Both the position numbers and the translations under genes were made by a program. DNA of 64,000 bases from Nanoarchaeota archaeon SCGC AAA011-D5 (GTDB lineage Archaea > Nanobdellota > Nanobdellia > Pacearchaeales > GW2011-AR1), in NCBI GenBank assembly GCA_000405225.1, contig ASMP01000002.1, positions 70,073 through 134,072 of the forward strand. The letters run 5' to 3'. Positions 17,282-26,460 of the stretch are shown here, piece after piece; position 1 is the first letter of the stretch; every line of letters starts with the position of its first letter. Below the pieces are notes generated by a model that saw nothing but the letters and a program-made list of their open reading frames with translations, ran no database searches and was not told the DNA's origin.

Positions 17282-19474
17282 ATGAGGTTGAAAATAAGGT
17301 TGGAAGAGGGAGGATTTTTGCCTCTTATGGTTTTATTGGCGGTTATTTTTTTATCATTGGCTTTCATATTCGGGCTTTTCGGACTCTTCTCAGACAGAGT
17401 AACTGCTATTATAATTGACGGTGATGGCGAAGTATGCGGGCCTGGATTATTTAGATGCGGGCCTGTTAATAATGGAGTGTGCTGCCAAAGTGGCAGTGAA
17501 CGCTGTGTCTCTGGAGAATGCGTTGCCATTGATGCTACACCTAACGGAACTTTCTTTGATGTACAGAATGCTGCATATTGTTCTATTAGTACACCAGGCG
17601 TTGGTTATTGCGGCGGCTCATGCAAGAAAACCATTCAGATAGTGCCGGATGCATGCACAAAAAAAATTACTTTAACAAGTGTCACTTTTAATGACGAGGG
17701 CGAAACAGCTGCCAATGGAACTGTTCTTGTAAAAGACTATAGTTGCACTTGCAGAGCTGGTTCTGCTCCCTCCCCATTAGGTTCATGCGCTATTTATCCA
17801 AATGGTCCTGACGGCAACTGCGGTGGAGGAACAAACTGTGGCTCTGAATCCGGTGACGGCTTTGGCGGCGGCCAGTGTACAGGCACCCGTACATATAATA
17901 TAAATGTCCCATTCACAAGAGGTATACCGGTATCTGCATATATTTATGCAATAGATGATTGCAGGTCAAAGGGGGCAGGTCTGTGGGGTGAAGGCAGAGC
18001 AATTTATACAGAAAATCGTTTGAGGTGTGATACTGGGTATAAATGTGATGCATCTACAGGCAGCCCGCGATGCGTGCTTCTCTGCGGTGATGGTTTTTGC
18101 GATGCGAGTGAAGATATAACAAGCTGTCCCCAGGATTGCACGCCGCCGCAAATTTGCGGCAATGGATTAGTAGAAACAGGCGAGCAATGTGATGATGGAA
18201 ATACCGATTCAGGTGATGGTTGTTCAAGCACATGCCAGATAGAATCCCCAAACAACCCTAAAGGAAGCTTTGATAGCTTATACTACGTACCTGGTGAGTT
18301 ATGTGATACTAGTAGTCGTGCACCACTTGATGGATGGGCATGTGATGCTGATAATTATAGCCAGACATTGAATGTAGAACTTTATGCAGACGGACAAAGA
18401 GGAAGCGGTGTTTTAATAGGAACTGTGCGTGCAAACAGAACAAGAGAACAAGCTGTTGGCAATGAATGTGGCGGCATTAGAAACCATGGTTTTGTGTTTA
18501 AACTTGAAAGTATTCCTGAAGATTTTAAGGATGGAGCAAATCACCAAATCTATGCTTATGGAATTAATATAGGCTCAGGCAATGATACCTTGCTTAAAAA
18601 TTCACCGATAACAATTAATTGTGAACCGCCTCCGCCTCCGCCTCTATCATGTGTTTTAAACTCTGCCTCATGGAGTGTAAACCAAACTGTCGAAGGTCAG
18701 ATTGTTGATTTGAGAGTCACAACTATAGACTGCCAAGGTCAAGAACTATTTTTCAAAGTTAAAGAGAACGATGTCCCCCCTCTTCCTGATACTCCTGCAA
18801 ATATAAATCCTGCAAATGTTTTTGTTGCGGTTGGCGGAACAGCTATATCAGTATCAAACTGGACTGCAGAATGGATTGATGATGGTCTTTTCCAAGGAAA
18901 TCCTGAATATTATTTCACAGCAACTCTTGTAAGCACAGGACAAAACATACAGAGTTCAAATGAACTGCAGGTTTATCAGCAAGCTCCTTTACTTTGTGAG
19001 GGTGTTGTTACCTGCTCAAATTACTTAAACCAGCAGGACTGTGAAAATGATATTTGTATAGTGGCAAACAACAGTGTTCCAGTTTCGGTTGACTGCAGTG
19101 ATCCTGACACAGATTGCTCATGTTTGTGGAATACAACCAAAAATAGCTGTGAGGGAAGCTGGAAAAGAACCAGTAAAGGCTCAGATATCGGAACCTGCCA
19201 ATATACAGAAAATACTGCAGACACCTGCGAAGATGACGGATATCTGACAGTAGATTTAACTGCAAGATGGATTTGGGATTCGGGATGTGATAATACTTGC
19301 CGTGCAGACAATCAGGAAGCCGCATCAAAATGCCAGTCAACTACAGAAATTTTCCAGTGCCCTGCGCAGATACCTCTGCCTTTCTTCGGATTCTACAATG
19401 CGCTGGCCTCAATTGTTTTAATCGCAGTAATTTACTGGACAATAAGTTTAAGAAAAAGAGGGAAGAGAAAATAA
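17282..19474 (+). CDS. Large Cys-rich surface protein with Myxococcus-type Cys-rich repeat and C-terminal anchor
   Basis: N-terminal hydrophobic helix; CGNGLVETGEQCDDGN..GDGCSSTCQ repeat; LPFF + TM + basic tail; start 17282 preferred (ORF track 17153). Confidence 0.75.
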   Translation: MRLKIRLEEGGFLPLMVLLAVIFLSLAFIFGLFGLFSDRVTAIIIDGDGEVCGPGLFRCGPVNNGVCCQSGSERCVSGECVAIDATPNGTFFDVQNAAYCSISTPGVGYCGGSCKKTIQIVPDACTKKITLTSVTFNDEGETAANGTVLVKDYSCTCRAGSAPSPLGSCAIYPNGPDGNCGGGTNCGSESGDGFGGGQCTGTRTYNINVPFTRGIPVSAYIYAIDDCRSKGAGLWGEGRAIYTENRLRCDTGYKCDASTGSPRCVLLCGDGFCDASEDITSCPQDCTPPQICGNGLVETGEQCDDGNTDSGDGCSSTCQIESPNNPKGSFDSLYYVPGELCDTSSRAPLDGWACDADNYSQTLNVELYADGQRGSGVLIGTVRANRTREQAVGNECGGIRNHGFVFKLESIPEDFKDGANHQIYAYGINIGSGNDTLLKNSPITINCEPPPPPPLSCVLNSASWSVNQTVEGQIVDLRVTTIDCQGQELFFKVKENDVPPLPDTPANINPANVFVAVGGTAISVSNWTAEWIDDGLFQGNPEYYFTATLVSTGQNIQSSNELQVYQQAPLLCEGVVTCSNYLNQQDCENDICIVANNSVPVSVDCSDPDTDCSCLWNTTKNSCEGSWKRTSKGSDIGTCQYTENTADTCEDDGYLTVDLTARWIWDSGCDNTCRADNQEAASKCQSTTEIFQCPAQIPLPFFGFYNALASIVLIAVIYWTISLRKRGKRK

Positions 19475-19632
19475 TAAAGTTGTCATTCTTCACAATAAAT
19501 CTTAAATAATACTAGAAGAGTGCTTATTAATGGAATTTAGAGAGATAATGGAAATGCCTCAAATATTTCTTATGATAATTGGATTAATCATAGTACTTCC
19601 TCCAATTTTCTTGATAAAAACAATTAAATTTC

Positions 19633-20244
19633 TTAGAGAGTAAGAATATAATCGAAACCTTGATTAAATAATCTTTCTTCTTTACTTAATATCCTCTTTT
19701 TTTGAGTGAGTCTTACATTAAACATTTTTTTACCAACTTTATTAAGAACTAATAATCCAGTAGGAATAATTTTTGGGCCAAATAGATTAATCTGCTTTTT
19801 AGATGCATGTATGTCTCCTAAAATAACAAATATTTTTTCATTATTAATTAGTTTAAGTATATTCTTCGCGAGTCCCATCTCTTTTTCCTCTTGATTATAT
19901 GCAAAGGGTTCTATAAAAAATATCTTTATATTTTTCTGATTTTTCAAATTTATTTTATAAATCTCTTTTATAAAATTAATATATTCTTGGTTATTTCTGC
20001 TATCTAAGTTTTCTTTTGAAAAGAAGGGAATTTTTTTGAGTATATTATAATTTCCATTTTTCATGAAAGAATCTATCTGACTTTGGAATTCTATAGGAAT
20101 CTCGAGGCATAAATTAAAATCTTGTTCTTTAGCTATTTCAGAAAAAAACCTTAAAAGCATTCTATAATTTTCTTTGGTTCCATGAATTTCACCAAATAAG
20201 ATAAGTTTTTTATCCTTTATTTTATCTTTTAATTCTTCAAACAT
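19633..20244 (-). CDS. EreA/ChaN/Tiki-superfamily protein (possible metallo-hydrolase/peptidase)
   Basis: LILFGEIHGT (GExH), CLEIP, ILGDIHA; 1 nt downstream of the ATP-grasp gene. Confidence 0.55.
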   Translation of the reverse strand: MFEELKDKIKDKKLILFGEIHGTKENYRMLLRFFSEIAKEQDFNLCLEIPIEFQSQIDSFMKNGNYNILKKIPFFSKENLDSRNNQEYINFIKEIYKINLKNQKNIKIFFIEPFAYNQEEKEMGLAKNILKLINNEKIFVILGDIHASKKQINLFGPKIIPTGLLVLNKVGKKMFNVRLTQKKRILSKEERLFNQGFDYILTL

Positions 20245-20245
20245 T

Positions 20246-21205
20246 TTATTCTATAAAGTTTTCGGCAACTAATTTGGTTAAATTATAACCTGATTTAAGT
20301 TCAAGCCATAACCATTGCCCATTTGGATTTAGTTCTAAAAATACGTATTCTCCACTATCAGAGTATATAAAATCAAAAACACCGAAATGTAACCCATAAT
20401 GTTTTAGCATATTTGAACAAAATCTTTGAACATTTTCAGGTAATTCTAAATGTTTATAAGGAACATTTTTGAAATCATATCTTCTGTAATCAACCTGTGA
20501 AATTTCCGATTCCTGAGAATAAATTGCTATTCCTGATGAATTTCTGTCAGTTGAAATTATCCTAATTTCAAACTCTTTATTGATATATTCTTGAAATATG
20601 CATGGATGAGAAGAAACAAGTTCAACATTTTCCATATTCTTTCTAGTTACCTTATTTGTGTATATCATTTTATTTCCTTCTTCAGTATCAATAACTGCCC
20701 CTTTATGTAGTTTAAAACAAATATTCCCATTATGTTTTTCATAAAAATCCCTTACTCTATCAGGATCGTTTGTTACAATTGTATCTGGAATCAAGATATC
20801 TCCCCCTATGTTTTGGGCTAACCTAAGCTGATCTATTTTATTATTAGCATGTAATTGGTTTTGGGGTCTGTTTATTACTTTACCTTGATGTGACATAAGT
20901 AAACCATCCCAAGCTCTTTCTGTCTCATCAAATATTATGTCGGTTAAACTTCTTGGGGTTATTTTCCTTACATCCGGATTCATTACTCTTCTATTCCAAA
21001 TATTCCATGATGGATTAATAACTACTTTCCTATTTCCCTTATTTATTTTATAAAGAGAAGATTCTGAATCAAATGTTAATTTATATCTGTCTGGCAAGCA
21101 TTCTGTATCAACTACAAAAAAATCAATTCCTTTTCCAGAAAGATAATTGCAGACCGACTCTGCATGTGGGTCTTCACCATAAGTCAAGACTAATATATTC
21201 TGCAT
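20246..21205 (-). CDS. MvdC/MvdD-like ATP-grasp peptide macrocyclase
   Basis: IWNRR, NKIDQL, IPDTIVTND, FQEYINKEFEIR, DYRR, FGVFDFI, FLELNPNGQWLWLE. Confidence 0.9.
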   Translation of the reverse strand: MQNILVLTYGEDPHAESVCNYLSGKGIDFFVVDTECLPDRYKLTFDSESSLYKINKGNRKVVINPSWNIWNRRVMNPDVRKITPRSLTDIIFDETERAWDGLLMSHQGKVINRPQNQLHANNKIDQLRLAQNIGGDILIPDTIVTNDPDRVRDFYEKHNGNICFKLHKGAVIDTEEGNKMIYTNKVTRKNMENVELVSSHPCIFQEYINKEFEIRIISTDRNSSGIAIYSQESEISQVDYRRYDFKNVPYKHLELPENVQRFCSNMLKHYGLHFGVFDFIYSDSGEYVFLELNPNGQWLWLELKSGYNLTKLVAENFIE

Positions 21206-21220
21206 GTTTAGAGTGTTTAT

Positions 21221-21424
21221 TTAGAAATCATCCCAAATTGGCACACCTCTATAGGTACATGCTGTAGCACTAAACTTTGCTAAACAACTCCCTTCTGCAC
21301 CTGCAAATACAGGGGTTTCAAAATACTGTTCAGCAAAAGATATATACCTTTTCTCTTGTAAGGAGGTATTTTTTACTCCTTCTTTAGAAGATTCCTCAAG
21401 CCTGTCCTCTACTGTTTTTGCCAT
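21221..21424 (-). CDS. Putative graspetide (RiPP) precursor peptide, 67 aa
   Basis: MAKTV...ISFAEQYFE...SCLAKFSATACTYRGVPIWDDF; ends 15 nt upstream of the ATP-grasp gene; ATG at 21424. Confidence 0.7.
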   Translation of the reverse strand: MAKTVEDRLEESSKEGVKNTSLQEKRYISFAEQYFETPVFAGAEGSCLAKFSATACTYRGVPIWDDF

Positions 21425-21519
21425 AAAAAATAAGGACCAAGTTATATTTAAATATTTCTGTAATTCACAATTCACAAACAAATTTATAAAGTATTCTCGC
21501 TATTTTACGGGATAAAAAG

Positions 21520-24150
21520 ATGGCTGAAAAAAAGGGGCTTTTTGTTGGGTTTTTTTTAGGGGTGTTTCTCATTTCTATTATCAGTTTTGCCTCTGCAAGT
21601 TCTAGTATTGGAAATCCCAAGCATTCTTTGGAGACAGTTTACGGGCCTTCTGATAATATCACCGGGTGGGTAAATATCAGTTTTTCCTCAGAGCCCGTGA
21701 ACTCTGTTCTTAGCGATTCCAGGGGAAATTCCGCAAATCTGTCATCTGTATTAAAAAAAAATGTGGCATATCCTTATTCCTGCAGTCCAATAGACTGCAA
21801 TGACGACTACACGGCAAGCAGCGGAAGCGAGACAAAGACCATTACCCTGGATTATGGAAATTCAAAAATTTACGGAGTTAAGCTGACAGGAAATATCTTC
21901 AGCATAGATTCTTTCAAGTTTGCTCTTGACAGCACCGCCGGCGCTTATTGCACGAACCAAATTGAAATTGATTTCCTTGATGATTCTGTTCTGGATGCCA
22001 GAAACAAGAATTCTTCGGATTCGGAAAGCTGCTCTAATCCAAAGAATTACGGGTGCTTTGATTCTGAAAGAACTTTGGAGGAATTCGCGATAGGAACAAC
22101 TCCTTACTGTGAAAAGGTTTTTTTCACCGACTCTCCCGGTTTTTTCATAGGAGGATGGATAAAAAAAATTAGCGGTTCAAAAACAATAAAGGCCTCTGTT
22201 TACGAAACATTAGGAGGAGGGGAAATTGCAAACTGCATACTGCCAGATACCTCCACTACTGGACAAGAAGTTTCCTGCAACGTGAGTTATTCTATTACCG
22301 AACCTAAAGAGCATTACGTCTGCATTTCTTCTGTCAATGGTTCAGGGGAATACAGGACAAGAGGATATTCGATTAGTAATGGCTGCGGATTCTATGGGAC
22401 GCCTGTTCCCTCTGCAACGCCTGCAGCTTACCAGATATTTAGCCAAGGAAAGCAATTCGGTCCTGTTGGAACCGCTGAAATAAATAAATCCATCGGTGAC
22501 GGAAGAAGCCTTGCAGAACTTGCAGGAGAATACATCACAAAAAAATATGGGGCTCAAAATTGTTCTTCGGGATGCATCATCCCTATAAAGATAAAATCCA
22601 ACTTAAACCAGGATATAACCCTGAAAAATTTGCAGGTAAACTATCAGAAAGACATCGGGATAGCTACGGAGAGCAACTTCTATGAAGTTTCAAAAACACC
22701 CGCAAAGGTTTCTTCTGGTTCCAATAAACTTTACCTGGACGGCTTGGGATTTTCTGTTCCTTCAAATCTCGGGAACTACACTTTTTCCCTCAGGCTTAAC
22801 AACCAGAGCATGATTTCTGAAAAAATAGAAGTGAAAGACATCCCCATAATAAAATCGGTAAATCCTGCAAAGACAGCATCGGCATATCCGACAGAATTTA
22901 GTGTCAGCGTCACTTCCAAATATAATCTCACCAGATTTGCCTGGGACTTTGGTGACGGCACGCCGGAAATAACAACGACGGGAAATAAAGCCAGCCATGC
23001 CTACAGTTCAACAGGAGTTTACAATCTAAAAGTGAGAGTTACAGATCAGAGGCAACTCAGTGCTTCCAAGTCTTTTGTGATGAATGTCAGCTCTCCAAGG
23101 GAACTGATAAATTCCAGTCTTTATGATGCAGAAAGAGACATTTCAAATCTAGAAAAAGAGATTTCGGCTTTTTCCGGGTTTTATCAGGATGTTTTAAATC
23201 TGTCCTTAAATCTGGACAATACCAAACAAAAAGTCACTTCTTTAAGAAAGTCCTACCAGAACGCAACCTCAGAGGAGCAGTACAATGCAATAGTCACAGA
23301 AATAGTTGAATTAAATATCCCTGAAGGAATATCCAAGAGCAAAAGCGCAGAGGGTCTTACTTTGTTTTCCGGGCCAGATTACGTGAATCTTCCTGTTCTT
23401 AAGGAAATAGGCGGAGGCACTTACGACGCAAATAGGGAAGGGGACTACGTAAACGCTGTTTTATCATGGAAGCAGGAAAACCTTGACACTGGCCTTGGTT
23501 TCAGCGAACTTTCTGGAAGATATCCTGGATACATAGAACCCCTGGCAAGAATTTTTGAGATAGATGTCAGCGAAAAAAGAGACATACCTTATGATTATTA
23601 TCTGATTATTCCGGAGCTGGAAGGGTTCAAGACAGATACAGAATCCAGCGTGGAAGCGTTAGAAGGATATGTCTATATCAATCTCAAAGGAAAGAAGTCT
23701 GTCTCTTTTTCAACCACAGAAGACATTGATTTCACAAATCTTCCTGTATTCATATCCCCTGCAATAAGCAGGCTGACTGTTATAGAAGAAGCCCCTCCTG
23801 AAGAAAAGCCCAGATGGAAGGTCTTCATTCTCATAGTCTTCTCGCTCCTTGTCATTGGCTTCGTGGTATACATAATAATGCAGGAATGGTACAGGAGGAA
23901 ATACGAAAATTATCTCTTCAAAAATAAGAATGACCTTTACAATATGGTGAATTATGTAAACAACGCCAGGAAAAAAGGGATTGATAACAGAAAGATAGAG
24001 GAAAATCTGAAGAAAGCAGGATGGAGTTCTGAGAGGATAAGGTATGTGATGAGAAAATATTCCGGAAGAAGGACAGGAATGCTGGAAATCCTCCCGATAA
24101 GAAAACTGACAGAAAAATCCGGAGGGGGCGGCGGAAAACCGAATAATTAA
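21520..24150 (+). CDS. PKD-domain membrane-anchored surface protein
   Basis: Signal peptide, WDFGDG PKD motif, C-terminal TM and LKKAGWS cytoplasmic domain. Confidence 0.8.
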   Translation: MAEKKGLFVGFFLGVFLISIISFASASSSIGNPKHSLETVYGPSDNITGWVNISFSSEPVNSVLSDSRGNSANLSSVLKKNVAYPYSCSPIDCNDDYTASSGSETKTITLDYGNSKIYGVKLTGNIFSIDSFKFALDSTAGAYCTNQIEIDFLDDSVLDARNKNSSDSESCSNPKNYGCFDSERTLEEFAIGTTPYCEKVFFTDSPGFFIGGWIKKISGSKTIKASVYETLGGGEIANCILPDTSTTGQEVSCNVSYSITEPKEHYVCISSVNGSGEYRTRGYSISNGCGFYGTPVPSATPAAYQIFSQGKQFGPVGTAEINKSIGDGRSLAELAGEYITKKYGAQNCSSGCIIPIKIKSNLNQDITLKNLQVNYQKDIGIATESNFYEVSKTPAKVSSGSNKLYLDGLGFSVPSNLGNYTFSLRLNNQSMISEKIEVKDIPIIKSVNPAKTASAYPTEFSVSVTSKYNLTRFAWDFGDGTPEITTTGNKASHAYSSTGVYNLKVRVTDQRQLSASKSFVMNVSSPRELINSSLYDAERDISNLEKEISAFSGFYQDVLNLSLNLDNTKQKVTSLRKSYQNATSEEQYNAIVTEIVELNIPEGISKSKSAEGLTLFSGPDYVNLPVLKEIGGGTYDANREGDYVNAVLSWKQENLDTGLGFSELSGRYPGYIEPLARIFEIDVSEKRDIPYDYYLIIPELEGFKTDTESSVEALEGYVYINLKGKKSVSFSTTEDIDFTNLPVFISPAISRLTVIEEAPPEEKPRWKVFILIVFSLLVIGFVVYIIMQEWYRRKYENYLFKNKNDLYNMVNYVNNARKKGIDNRKIEENLKKAGWSSERIRYVMRKYSGRRTGMLEILPIRKLTEKSGGGGGKPNN

Positions 24151-24205
24151 AAATGATTAGTTCAATCACGGAAAATTTAATAAACCTTTTTGACAAACCT
24201 TTAAT

Positions 24206-24847
24206 ATGGTGGTAAACACTTTCAAGAATTTTTTCATAAAAATATTTTCCGGTATTTTTAGGACAAAAAGAGAGCTTAAGCTGGGATTCTACGGACCTCC
24301 GAATGCAGGAAAAACAAGCCTGGCTAACAGAATCTGCAAGGATTTCACAGGAGAGGAGATAGGGAAAGTAAGCAAAATCCCCCATGAAACCAGGACTATT
24401 CAGTTCAAGGAGAAAGTGCAGATAGACTTCAAGGGCAAGAAAATGGTGTTTAAAATAATAGACACTCCGGGAATAACCACAAAAATAGATTACGAAGATT
24501 TCCTTAAATACAAGATGAGTAAGAAAGAAGCCAAGATAAGGGCGAAGGAAGCCACACAGGGAGTTGTCGATAGCATAAAATGGCTTGATGACATGGATGT
24601 CGTCGTGATTGTCCTTGATGCGACGGAGAATCCTTACAACCAGGTTAATCTTACGATAATAGGGAACCTTGCAGCAAGAAAAATTCCTGTCCTGATAGTT
24701 GCAAATAAAATTGACCTGAGAAAAGCCAGCATCAAAAAGATAGAATCTGCATTTCCGGAATATGAAGTTGTAGGCATAAGTGCAAGATACGGAAAAAACC
24801 TGGAGGAGTTTTACGAATCGATATTTAAGCTGGCCAGAAAGGCCTAA
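24206..24847 (+). CDS. oapA: OapA-like (Era-like) GTPase
   Basis: GPPNAGKT, DTPG, NKID, SA; precedes DUF2073-like and Zn-ribbon genes. Confidence 0.8.
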   Translation: MVVNTFKNFFIKIFSGIFRTKRELKLGFYGPPNAGKTSLANRICKDFTGEEIGKVSKIPHETRTIQFKEKVQIDFKGKKMVFKIIDTPGITTKIDYEDFLKYKMSKKEAKIRAKEATQGVVDSIKWLDDMDVVVIVLDATENPYNQVNLTIIGNLAARKIPVLIVANKIDLRKASIKKIESAFPEYEVVGISARYGKNLEEFYESIFKLARKA

Positions 24848-24889
24848 AAAATTAAAAAGTATATTTTGCAATATATATAATAAAAGACA

Positions 24890-25291
24890 ATGATAAAAAG
24901 AAAATTGGGGAAAATCAAGGGATTCAGCATCCAGTTTCTTCCGTACTCGGAGATAAGGGGTCTGGACAGCAACCATAGAATCAGGAAAATTCTTAATATA
25001 ATTCTCGGAAATAATATTTTGATTCTACAGGGAAGGCTCGAGCCTGAGGAAGAGACAAGACTTATAGGGGACACTATGGCAATCATAGGGCATGTGAAAA
25101 GTTTCAAGGGAGTGGAACTGGCTGTAATTTCCGGAAACAATAATGAAGGACTTTTAGGAAAATTCAGGAAAAATCTCGTGAGCGCAATTGCCGGAGGAGA
25201 TATCGGTGCTGTGACTATCATAGGACCTGCAACAATAATCAAGGAAATAAAAAGAAATCCAAAGAAAATCGAACTATTACTGAAAAGGTAG
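24890..25291 (+). CDS. oapB: OapB / DUF2073 family protein
   Basis: ILILQGRLEPEEETRLI, GVEL, TIIGPA pattern; oap operon position. Confidence 0.75.
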   Translation: MIKRKLGKIKGFSIQFLPYSEIRGLDSNHRIRKILNIILGNNILILQGRLEPEEETRLIGDTMAIIGHVKSFKGVELAVISGNNNEGLLGKFRKNLVSAIAGGDIGAVTIIGPATIIKEIKRNPKKIELLLKR

Positions 25292-25342
25292 AAAGACAGC
25301 ATACAAAAATTTATAATTCTTGATTTCTTCTTCAAATAAAAC

Positions 25343-25960
25343 ATGGGAATATGCGAATTTTGTGGTAATAAAATAGAAGCAGAATCAAGATGGAAGAGAT
25401 TTTGTAATAATATTTGTCAAAGAAGGCATTATAATAGGAGGCCTGAAATAAAAGAAAAGAATAGAATAAGAACGAGAGAATATAGAAAGAATCACCCTGA
25501 ATGGAAAGAAAGACACAGATTTTTGGAATTAACAAGACATAGGGAAAGAAGAGCAAGATATTGGAAAGAATACGGAAAAAGGCCAGAAGTCAGGGCGAAA
25601 ATAAATGAAAAAGATAGATTAAGAAGACAAATAGATGTAGAATATGCTATTGCTGATAGACTTAGACGCTCTTTAAACCATGCTTTGACAAAATACTCAA
25701 AAAATGGGAAGATAATGAGTTCAAAGAAATATGGAATTGATTGGGAAAGGATAATTGAAAATTTAAGGCCATTCCCAGAACATCTAGAACATTTTGAAAT
25801 AGATCATATAACTCCATTACACACATTTAATCTTACAAATCCTGAAGAGGTTAAAAAGGCATTCGATCCTTCAAATTTACGATGGCTAACTATAGGAGAA
25901 AATCGAAAGAAGAGTGGAAAGATTGTTGAAGAAAAAAAATTAAATTTAGGAGGAAACTAA
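25343..25960 (+). CDS. HNH homing-type endonuclease with N-terminal Zn finger
   Basis: CEFC..FCNNIC; EIDHITPL...NLRWLTIGENRKKS. Confidence 0.8.
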   Translation: MGICEFCGNKIEAESRWKRFCNNICQRRHYNRRPEIKEKNRIRTREYRKNHPEWKERHRFLELTRHRERRARYWKEYGKRPEVRAKINEKDRLRRQIDVEYAIADRLRRSLNHALTKYSKNGKIMSSKKYGIDWERIIENLRPFPEHLEHFEIDHITPLHTFNLTNPEEVKKAFDPSNLRWLTIGENRKKSGKIVEEKKLNLGGN

Positions 25961-25961
25961 A

Positions 25962-26372
25962 ATACCGCATCAGTGTGTTAGGTGCTCCAGAATAATTACT
26001 GCCGGAAGCAGGGAAATCCTCGAAGGATGCAAAGAGTGCGGAAGCCATTTTTTCTTCTATATAAGGGATGACCAGCTGGAAAAAATCCAGAGCCAGATTG
26101 TGGATATTCCTGAAAAAGAAAAAACCCGTGTTGAGGAAGACATAAGGGAAATGGTTGGCATTGCCGATGAACAGACCCCTGTCATTCTTGATGTTGAATC
26201 AATAAGGGTTACAGGAGAGGGAAAATTCGAGCTGGACATAGCTAAAATATTCAGAAAAGACAGGCCTTTGATATACAAGCTGGAAGAGGGAAAATACATA
26301 ATAGACCTGGCATCCACATTGAAAGGGAGCGTAAAAGACCTGATAAAAAACCCTAAAAAAAGGAAGAATTAG
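25962..26372 (+). CDS. oapC: OapC / Zn-ribbon protein (apparent ATA start)
   Basis: Frame open from ATA CCG CAT CAG TGT GTT AGG TGC (IPHQCVRC...GCKECGSHFF), SD AGGAGG at 25948-25953; the ORF track start (26100) loses both CxxC pairs. Confidence 0.8.
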   Translation: MPHQCVRCSRIITAGSREILEGCKECGSHFFFYIRDDQLEKIQSQIVDIPEKEKTRVEEDIREMVGIADEQTPVILDVESIRVTGEGKFELDIAKIFRKDRPLIYKLEEGKYIIDLASTLKGSVKDLIKNPKKRKN

Positions 26373-26460
26373 CGAGCAGAATTTACTATATTTCTATTAG
26401 CAAAAACCCTGTTGTTAAACTAATGTTAAATTAATAAACTATTTTCGCTTATTTTAAAAC

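Noticed and set aside
21425-21481. Longer 86-aa version of the RiPP precursor
   Set aside because: The extension runs into the promoter region; ATG 21424 gives a compact leader-core peptide.
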